A stretch of DNA of 62,187 nucleotides, filler included, from Chiloscyllium plagiosum (taxonomy: Eukaryota), in assembly GCF_004010195.1 (NCBI RefSeq). It is 4 parts of one record of this genome, joined end to end, with 100 filler letters (N's around TTAATTAATTAA, not from the genome) between each part and the next. Parts side by side here need not be neighbours in the genome. Positions count along the whole stretch, not along the records: positions 48,290 to 55,054 come from NC_057711.1; positions 55,155 to 62,187 come from NC_057711.1; 2 more parts are not named here. One strand, written 5' to 3'. A program made the position numbers and the translations under genes. Under the pieces are notes generated by a model. It searched no databases. It was given only the letters and a program-made list of their open reading frames with translations, and was not told where the DNA came from. Below are positions 53,312 to 62,187 of this stretch, piece by piece. Numbering within the stretch: the first letter of the stretch is position 1; each line of letters begins with the position of its first letter.

Positions 53312-53620
53312 GAACAAACAAAAAGAACTACAGATGCTGGAAATCTGAAACAAAAACAGAAATCGCTGGAGAAGCTCAGCAGGTCTGGCAGCATCTTGAA
53401 CACAGAACATTACAGCACAATATTGGCCCTTCGGCCCTCAATGTTGCGCTGACCTGTGGAACCAATCTGTGGAACCATCTATCCTACACACTATTCCATT
53501 TTCATCCATATGTTTATCCAATGACCATTTAAATGCCCTTAAAGTTGGTGAGTCTACTGCTGTCTGTGGAAAGAAATCAGAGTTAATGTTTTGAGTCCAG
53601 TGACCTTTCCTCAAAACTTC
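53312..53620 (-). mobile_element. Short PLE-related terminus (third family) interrupted by a CR1 3' tail (about 53398-53562)
   Basis: aaaacagaaatcgctggagaagctcagcaggtctggcagcatct; related pieces near 9465, 12790, 25240, 25880, 38190, 38450, 52075 and 60095. Confidence 0.65.
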
Positions 53621-53796
53621 CCTTCGACAGGGAACAAATAAGTTAAATTTCAGATGTGACCTCCTTAGAAAACATTCAGTCCTCTTTTCTCTCCAAGGAG
53701 CCTGTATGTTATGCTGAGCTTGCTTGTGTTTGTTTAATTACTCAGTGCACTAATTGACAGCTTCGACTCTTTCTGGTATTGCCTAAAGCTAACTAG

Positions 53797-54037
53797 ACAC
53801 CAGGGACCCAGGTTCGATTCCAGCCTTGGGTAACTACGTGGAGTTTGCACATTCCATTTCTGCGTGTATTTGCCAGGTTTCCTCCTCCAGTCCAAACATA
53901 TGCTGGTTAGGTGGATTAGCCATGCTAAATGCAGGATTACAGGAATGGAGAAGGTTGATCTGGGTGGGAAGCTCCTCAGAGGGTTGGTAAGAATCAGTGA
54001 GCTGAATGGTCTCTTTCTACACTATAGGAATTCTATG
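53797..54037 (+). mobile_element. 5'-truncated HE1/V-SINE-type SINE
   Basis: caccagggacccaggttcgattccagcc..gtggagtttgcacatt. Confidence 0.8.
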
Positions 54038-55154
54038 CCCCTATTTGGACAATTCCTTATTCTTCTTTGATTACTAAACAGGGGTCTCTACCAAAACCTG
54101 GTCACAGTTTAGCATCTCAAAGAAAGACATAAAACATTAACACTCCTTTGGGAACATATATTACCTGCTGCCTTGGTCTCTAGAATCTGCATGAAAACTA
54201 AGATACGAGCTGGTTCCCAATGTTTAGGCTATTAACTCATCTGACTATTAGCTGGCAACAAATTATAAGCAAAAGAAAACACAGATCATCAGATTTGGTA
54301 CTGAGAAAGAGGTAGATTTAACAGTGCGCATGCTCATGAATGTTGATTTCCAGTAAGCAACCCTTGATTACTATGGTCTAGGATCAAATACACAAATCTT
54401 TGGCACTGCATTTGTCCTGTATGAAGGTGAATGACAGATGAAATTTTACCAAAAAAATGTGTGGTGTGGCTGAAAGGCAGACTCCATAGCCAAACAAATC
54501 TCAACTATTCATTGTGCTACAGTAAATGGTTAGGTACTGCAGTTGGAAGCAACAAGACGTGGATGAAACATTGCACCTGTACCAGGAGACAACAGAGAAA
54601 CGCTAATCAAAGCTATTAATACCAGTAGCGACAATAAGTTTAACTTTTATCCCATTTCCAAGAAAATCATTTCACGTTCCCCACATGCTCAAAAAAACTT
54701 AACCATTTCCAATTAAAATCAACGGTACTCAATATATGTTCATCGTTAGAAGTTTTATTTAATTTGGGAAAACCTTAAGGACAAAACAATTTCCACTTTA
54801 TTGTCATTAAATTATACTTAAAATAAGCGTGACAGCATTTGCACAAACATTAAGAGAAGGCCCTAAGATCCATTCAGAAAATGTCTCTTCGCTCTGCTTA
54901 CTGACTTACAGTGCAGTAATTGAAAACTATTCCCTATGATTTTATGGGCATGATTATGCTGGGAAAAGGGTGAACCTCAAGCTGGGCTTTGGATGTCAGG
55001 TATACTCGAACTAGGGGGGAGGTGCGTTGCTCAAGCTGAGAATTGAGAGGTGGGNNNNNNNNNNNNNNNNNNNNNNNNNNNNNNNNNNNNNNNNNNNNTT
55101 AATTAATTAANNNNNNNNNNNNNNNNNNNNNNNNNNNNNNNNNNNNNNNNNNNN

Positions 55155-55803
55155 GGCGGTCCACGGCTCGTGTTGCCACCTCCGGCCATCTGTGCGTAGG
55201 TGGCGGCCCCTCGTCTTGGGCAGGCCTTGTACATGTGGCCCGCCTCTCCGCACAGATTACAGTTCTTGGCCTCCTTACATTCCTTGGTCGGGTGGCCTTC
55301 CTGCTTGCAGTTTCGGCAGACGGTCACCTTGCAATCCGCCGCCATGTGGCCTGACCTCCCACAGGTTCGACACACTTTTGGCTGCCCTGCGTATGTCAGG
55401 TAACCTCTGCTTCCTCCGATGGCAAAGCTGGAGGGTGGGTGGAGGATGTTCCCACTGGCATCGACCCTCAGGGTTACCCTGATCTGTCGTTTGCTGGTCC
55501 AGATCCCGAAAAGATCAACCACATCGGTGTACTCTCCCTCCACCTGGACGTATCTTCTCAAGAAGGTCAGGACATCTGCTGGGACGTGAGGGTTGTACAT
55601 CTGGATTGTTACAACCCGACTCCTCTGCGCAGGAAGCACACACAACGGGACCACCGACAAGATGGAGAACAGAGGCTCCCCTTCCTTCTCCTTGAAGACC
55701 TTCAGGAGCTGCTTGCAATTCTTCACACTCCTGAAGGTCACATCGAAATAGCCTGCCGCAGGGAAATCCTGCAGGCAGTACACATCTGCTTCGAACCCGC
55801 AGC
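55155..55803 (-). mobile_element. Tx1-type (L1 clade) non-LTR retrotransposon ORF1, 5'-truncated, with three CCHC zinc knuckles
   Basis: Open frame CGFEADVYCLQDFPAAGYFDVTF..CRTCGRSGHMAADC..CRNCKQEGHPTKEC..CNLCGEAGHMYKAC; CpG-rich, no stops; the 3' side runs into a gap (the ORF-track stop comes from the linker). Confidence 0.88.
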
Positions 55804-55849
55804 GATAGGGTTAGGGTTAGGGTGGCCCGCGATAGGGTTAGGGTTAGGG
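55802..55849 (+). repeat. Interstitial telomeric motif: two copies of GCGATAGGGTTAGGGTTAGGG separated by TGGCCC
   Basis: 55802-55822 and 55829-55849 are identical 21-mers. Confidence 0.92.
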
Positions 55850-56613
55850 CTCAATCTACCAACTTACTTTCTTCTATGTGTGAGCCAAGTCCTGCGTGTA
55901 CTTTAAATGAAGCAATAGGAGAAGATATTCGGTCTCACGCTTTGTTTATTTTAGCAGTAAGTGGATAAAGCATTCAGAGCTCTGCGTCTTGACCTTTCTG
56001 TCTCTGACAAACTATATAGTGTGTCAGTTCAGAAAAAATACGCACACTTGTCCCTGACCCAGTCTTTTTATATAATAAAAAGCAACATGCAATCACTAAG
56101 GTGGGATTATCTTCTGATTGGTTGTTGATCTGACTCCATTCTCCGCCTCCTTGGTTTCCCGGATGTTTGACCCCACGTGACCCCGCTTTGCCCGCGAAAC
56201 GAAGAACCACATGACCTTGTTTTGCAACGGAGTACCACGTGACCCCGTTTTGCCTGCGAAACGGAGAACCGCGTGATCTCGCTGCACGCCTCCGGCGCGT
56301 GAAACAGTGTATCACGTGACCTCCCCGCACACCTCCGGCGCGTGAAGCAGTGCATCACATGACCCCGCTGCATGCCTCCGGCGCGTGAAGCAGTGCATCA
56401 CGTGACCCCGCTGCATGCCTCCGGCGCGTGAAGCAGTGCATCACGTGACCCTGCTGCACGCCTCCGGCGCGTGAAGCAGTGCATCACGTGACCTTGTTTT
56501 GGAACGGAGCGAAGCACCACATGATCTAGCTCTGCGCACGCGCATAACGGAGCATCTCCAAAGGCTTCCGAATATCGAGTGTATTCACAGTGGCAGCAGG
56601 CCATATATTTACA
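55850..56613 (-). mobile_element. Probable solo LTR (U3-R-U5 layout), 3' end apparently truncated
   Basis: Minus strand: starts TGTAAA (56613), repeat-rich CpG-rich U3-like part, CCAAT (56117-56121), TATAAAAA (56065-56072), hairpin (56004-56027), AATAAA (55945-55950). No terminal CA or TSD found. Confidence 0.6.
56174..56530. repeat. Compound minisatellite: five 43-bp units (56281-56495) plus shorter ~28/34-bp variant units, each carrying CACGTGAC or a variant
   Basis: Units gctgca(t/c)gcctccggcgcgtgaagcagtgcatcacgtgacccc start at 56281, 56324, 56367, 56410 and 56453. Confidence 0.93.
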
Positions 56614-56629
56614 TTATCTACATGGCGTT

Positions 56630-57480
56630 GTCAGACATACCAATGTCCTTCTATCAGAATGGATTTTGAGTGATTAGTGCATTGATACAGAATGTGCTAG
56701 CTACAAAGAGGATGCTGCTAATGGGCAGCCTATCTTGCCACTGGATGTGGAAGATTTTAACAAAACAGCAGTGGTGATATTTCTCCAAGGCTTTGAGGTG
56801 CCTGCTATTGGTTGTCCATTTTTCTGAAGGTCGCTTACCTGGTAAACCATGTCTGGAGTTTTAGATTGAAGGTTCCAGTCCTTCAAGTTCCCATCCTCAG
56901 CCAGACAACGGCTGAGCAATCGCATTGGTGCTGTTGATGAACTCTGTTGTTCTTGGCTATTTATTATCTTCAAGAGGAGCCTCCCAAGGTATGGAAAATT
57001 ATCTGCATTTTCTGGAATATTGACATTACTTTTGCTTGCTGTCGGATCTGATTTTTCTGGGTTCTGACCAATTCTCTCTTTGGAGGAGGAGTCAACAGTG
57101 CCCTGAAACTTGGTTTCAGATTGAGTGCACTTAGAAGGGTTATCTACATATTGAAGCCGAGTGACTGGGTTACGGTGATTTTGACTGTGTTGGAGTGGCA
57201 TGAGTTCAACAGTTTCCTATGTGTCCTACAATTACCTTTATACCTGGGGTTAATTTTCTGGAAATGAGATGCTGTATTCCAGCAGGGTTTGGGAATAAGT
57301 TGTGAGGCAATGTTGAAATTGTACTTTGTGAAATTGGTCAGTTGTATTAATGACAACCAAAGCTTTCCCACCTGCTTTTTTCTAATATATATGAAGCTCG
57401 TTTCCCCTCTGCTCAACGTTGGCAGTTTGACAATAGCTCCTGATGTTGCTTTTGAGGTCACAAAAGGAATTATCTACAAA
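56630..57480 (-). mobile_element. Degraded RTE-clade LINE
   Basis: ENADNFPYLGRLL..NLQSKTPDMVYQV; another frame gives LEKYHHCCFVKIFHIQWQDR, resembling RTE ORF2 C-terminal motifs. Confidence 0.7.
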
Positions 57481-60159
57481 TACTTGCACTGATTCTCCAA
57501 CTGGTTCTTTTCTCTGCTGTTTTACTCTTGTTCTATAATGCTGCTCAAGTTACTTTTCTCTTGGTCTCTGCATATCCCATTGTTATCCTGATCTGGACAT
57601 CCATTGTATTACTTCCAGTGAAACCTTTCTGCTCTGTCTCACTCGCATTTGAACTGATCCTAATTTTTCTGTTTTCCTAAAAACATGTTAATTGTTGTCG
57701 TTAAAATAACATTTATGAAAGTGTGAATTCACCTATCTATATCCATAAACAGAGTCCTTATCACAACTTCTATTATTTCCTTCATGCCGGAGTGGTATGC
57801 ATTCAGAACAAGTCTTGGTTCAGCTCATTTGTCATGATGCTTTTATGCATTGTGGTACAGGCAGCCAACTTTATCTTAGAGTTATACAGCTTGGTGACAG
57901 ACCCTTTGATCCAGTACATCTGTGCTGACTAGACATCTCAATCTAACCTAGTCCCATTTGCCAGTATTTATCCGAACCCCTCAACCCTCCCAATTTGTCT
58001 CTTCCATCATTTATAGTATTTTCCAAACACTTGCATTCATTTCAAATGTGTATGCCATTAAAAACTCAGTGTTCTAAAGTGATTAACATTATTCTGGCAC
58101 TGTTTTTTGTCCTAGATGAAAGTTTTAAAATTAATTCTAATTGTTTTAATCAATGGAGCAAGGTGTACTTATTAAATTATATATTTTGTTTTTGTCAAAT
58201 CCCAGATGTTCCTATATTTTGAAGGCCATGGAATGGTAACCTGTTCTACAGATCACCTTGTCATTTTATGGAAAGATGGAGAAAGGGAATCAAAGTTGAG
58301 AAGCAAGGCATTATTCCAAAAATTGGAGCGGGAAGAACAATATGATGCTTAACATTTGAGATAATTGTGAAACATATAAAATGAACATTGCATGATGGCA
58401 CTAATGACTCTAAGGGCCCTGCAGCAAGTGTATTTGTATAAATCTTCACAATGTTAATACTTCAAAGACTTGTTTAGATACTAAAGCTGTAAATGTGGCA
58501 TGGTAATTTAGATCGTAAATTGTAAATCTCTTTTCTGCTAAGCACTGACCTCTTACCTTTTTGAATTTACATAACCTTTAATGTTGCAAATAGTTTACCA
58601 ACATATAATGTTGCTAATATGATTTCTGAAAGGTTACTTCTTTACTCAGTGTACAGAATAGAAACATTGTACCATAAAAGATCTGGCAATAATCTGTCAT
58701 AGAAAGGAAGTTTGCAATATTTTAAAATATTTTTGGCCTAAATATTTTCTTTTGGCCAGCTGTGTAACAATTGAAATTATGTATTGTGTTAAATATATGA
58801 TTTTGCATGTTTGAAAAGTTCCATGTTGTTAAAGTCAGAGGCCTGACAAACTATTTACATCCACAGAAATGTTTTCAAGGGTTTGTTTGTGCTGCAAATT
58901 GTCTGCATTGTCTGGTGGAAATAATTTGGAAAGTCCAATACTTAATGTTGCCTGCACCTGGAACTAAAATGACTATTGTTTACCCAAATCATTTTGTCTG
59001 ATTAGTACCATTGTCTACCTGCTCCACTGGTCTATCAGTGGTTTCCTTTACTAAATAAGTACAGAAGAAACTTTCAATTAAATCAAATCAGATGTGCTTG
59101 GTTGAAAGACTTGCAACCTATTTATTTCCCTATACCTAAAAAACTAAACCTACCAATTGAACATTTTAATGTTGTACCTGGCTGATCAGGTCCAGTTTAA
59201 TTATGCTGAAGGTCTAGTGTAGCTTGAGCACAACCTTCTTGCCAAAAGACAAGAGAGTGTTGGTGTCTGAATGAAGCTTGATGCTAAAGCTGCTGTGTAA
59301 GGAATTGGACAAAAGGTGACCAAATTTATTTTAAATTGTCTTAACAAATAGTAATCTTACAATATGTAGATTGTGTCCAGTCAGGCAGTGGCCTGGATGG
59401 AAAATATATTTGCAAATTTCTGTACTGTACCTTGACTATGCTATGAAATCATCATAGTTGTTACTTTGTCTATGTACCCTTTTAATGATATCCTAAGTGT
59501 TTGTCACTGCCGGTTAACCTGAAAATGAACTATTTCAAATGTGGAGTCTGTCTATCAGGTTTTAATTGTTGGAGACATTTTAATTAAAATTTTTAAAACA
59601 TTTTCTTTCAATTGGTCTCACTTCCTCATATCAATCATCTCTCTTTGTCCATAATTTGACATAGAAATAATCTATTCTAATTTCCATGTCCAGACTTTGC
59701 ACTGAGTTGGTTAAAGTAGATTCTGTCGTCTTTCGGATCAGAGATGTTCACTTGGGTTTTTTTTAAAATATTGGATTATTTAAATATTGGGCAAATCTAA
59801 CCAATGACCATTCATTAGTTGTTGCAAGAGTATTTGAATCATTAAATTGTTCTGATCTATTTAATTGCATTGTTTAATCTGATTGTTCGGTTGTTATTAA
59901 TTGACAAGTGTAAAATTCTAAATAAATGTTCTTGTGGTCCATCTATCTCTGAGCCACGAGGCCCAGGTTCACTTTACACTTGCTGCAGCAGAGTGTAATA
60001 ACATCTGAGCAAGTTGAATATAAAAATATCTAAAATTATAAATATTCGACACTGGAACAAATGTGCATTATTGGGTCGTTAAGTCTCTAAATTACTTGGC
60101 AGCATCTCTTGAAAGAAAACACAACATTTCGGGTGGAGTGACTGTTCCTCTGAAGTTCA

Positions 60160-60775
60160 GAATGTTGGCATTCATTTTGAGAGGGCTCGAATAAAAGAGC
60201 AGAGATGCACTGCTGAAGCTGAGGCTGCATAAGGCTCTGGTCAGACTACATTTGTGAGCAGTTTTGCATGCTTATTTGTGTTGACCTTGGAGGCAGTGCA
60301 GAGGAGGTTCACAAGAATGATCCCAGGAATGAAGCACTAGTCATATGAGGAGCAACTGAGGACTCTGGGTCTGTACCTGCTGGAGTTTAGAAGGGATGGG
60401 GACATTTGATTAAAACTTACAAAATGCTGCGGCCTGGATAGAGTGGATGTTGAGAAGATGTTTCCACTAGTCTGGGAAACAAGGACCTGAGGGCACAGCC
60501 ACAGAGTGAAAGGACAGCCCTTTAGAACTGAAATGAAGAGGAATTTCTTCAGCAAGAGTGTGGTAATTTGTGGAACTCATTTGCCTCAGAGGCTGTGGAG
60601 GTCAAGTCACAGAGGTTTTTATAACAAAGATAGCGAGGTTCTTGATTAGTAATGGAATCAAAAGTAATGGAGAGAAAGCAGGACAGGGTGTTTGAGAAAA
60701 TCATCAGCCATGATTGAATGGTGGAGCAGACTTGACAGGCCAAATTGCTTAATATATTTTATGATCTTCTGATCT
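60160..60775 (+). mobile_element. CR1 LINE 3' part
   Basis: gaggcagtgcagaggaggttcacaagaatgatcccagg..aggaatttcttcag..atcagccatgattgaatggtggagcagac. Confidence 0.85.
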
Positions 60776-61389
60776 ACCGTGCACTTAAACAACTGATAAT
60801 GTGGCATTCTTTAACATATATTGTACATGCCTATAATCAAAAAATATGTACAAGGCAGTACCATTAAGTTGATATTGTGCAAGAAATGCATAAATCTTAC
60901 AGGCCTTGATATGCTTTTCAGGCAATTGATATGTAAAGGTTTTTGTGAATATGGAATGTCTTTTTTGTAGTTCGTCACATGGAGCGAGCTGGAGAGACTC
61001 ACAATCTACATGTTGATTTTTTTTTTTCAAGCTAACTATTACATTGTTTGCATCAAAAACTCGTGGATTATAGCTAATCCAATTTATTATACATGTTCAA
61101 ATTCTAAGTGTATTATGTATTACCTTACCATCAAAAGACACGACACAATATTAGCTGCGTTTGTAGGGTTGTATTATATAGCATAAACTGAGTTACCTTC
61201 CATTATTTACTGCTTAGTATAAAAAAACACAAAACTATCAATCCTTTCTATCCACACTTAATGAAGATTAATCTATTTAAATGCTATCTTCTGCCAAATA
61301 GTGTTCAATTGCATTGCTAAGCAGATTCAATATCCTATATCATTTTTCAATGTTAATGGTCATAGCCTGGCATTTGAGTAGCCTTTGTA

Positions 61390-61910
61390 CCACACAATAC
61401 CATGACCAATAAGAGACTATCTTATCACCATCCCTTTAGACTCAATGGTATTAGCATCACTGTATCTGTCACTATCAACATTCTGGGGGTTATCATTGAC
61501 CAAAATGTCACTTGAATCACCATGTAAACACAATGGCTACAAGAGCAGGTTAAAGGTGAGGAATACTGTCGCAAGTAACTCACCTGACTTCCCAAAGCTG
61601 TCCAACATCTACAAGGCAAAGTCAGGAGTGCGATGGAAAACTCCCCACTTGTTTGGATGAGTGCAGCCCCAATAACACAAGAAGCTTGACACCATCCAGG
61701 ACAAAACAGCCCACGTGACTGGCACACCATCCACTCCTTACACTGCTGATGTGCAGTAGAGCAGTGTGTACTATCTATAAGAGGCATTGCAGAAATTCAC
61801 CAAAGATCCTCAGCACTTCCAAACCCATGACCACTTCCATCTGGAAGGACAAGGGCAGCAGATATTTGGGGACATCACCTTCAAGTTCCCCTCCAAGCCA
61901 CTCACCACCC
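61390..61910 (+). mobile_element. CR1/L2-group LINE fragment (family of 36460-37255)
   Basis: caccatccctttagactcaatgg..aagtcaggagtgcgatggaaaactccccactt..aagcttgacaccatccaggac. Confidence 0.75.
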
Positions 61911-62187
61911 TACCTCCTCCAAGACTTCCGTTTCCCCGGCCCCCAACGCCTCATCTTCACCATGGATATCCAATCCCTCTACACCTCCATCCGCCATGAC
62001 CAGGGCCTCCAAGCCCTCCGTTTTTTCCTCTCTTGCGTCCCCAACAGTATCCTTCCACCGACACACTCATTTGTTTGGCCGAACTGGTCCTCACCCTTAA
62101 CAATTTCTCCTTTGGATCCTCCCACTTCCTCCAGACCAAAGGGGTAGCCATGGGCACACGTAAGGGCCCCAGCTATGCCTGTCTCTT
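61911..62187 (+). mobile_element. Penelope-like RT fragment, runs off the window end
   Basis: LIFTMDIQSLYTSIRHDQGLQAL, then after a frameshift LAELVLTLNNFSFGSSHFLQTKGVAMGTRKGPSYACL. Confidence 0.9.

Noticed and set aside
56174..56530. CRISPR-like look of a constant motif with variable spacers
   Set aside because: The spacers are themselves repeated near-identical units, the context is vertebrate, and there are no cas genes; it is a minisatellite.
58206..58352. 48-codon ATG-initiated ORF after an acceptor-like site
   Set aside because: Short, unrecognised and of a length expected by chance.

Overview
Eukaryotic vertebrate DNA, very probably from a cartilaginous fish (shark), judged by HE1/V-SINE-type SINEs, HER1/CR1 LINEs and shark-type Penelope termini. 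Most of the window is decayed or nested transposable elements: CR1, L2, Rex1/Babar, RTE and Tx1-type LINEs, Penelope-like elements (PLEs), tRNA-derived SINEs, Tigger-like MITEs and a probable solo LTR. One host exon is recognisable: the first coding exon of tent2 (PAPD4/GLD-2 poly(A) polymerase) on the minus strand (49691-49825), which the ORF track misses. Three 100-bp gaps carry an artificial TTAATTAATTAA linker, so the order and orientation of the four segments are uncertain. Most notable: (1) minimal hammerhead-ribozyme motifs of at least two types in PLE termini; (2) several short fold-back PLE insertions with 14-15-bp target-site duplications (TSDs), most folded at the ribozyme core; (3) a young Tx1-type ORF1 whose 5' truncation point is joined through duplicated telomeric TTAGGG repeats to an LTR-like unit with an E-box minisatellite; (4) an overlapping uORF and hairpin just before the tent2 start codon. 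Repeat family names come from recalled motifs, not database searches, and most repeat boundaries are approximate.
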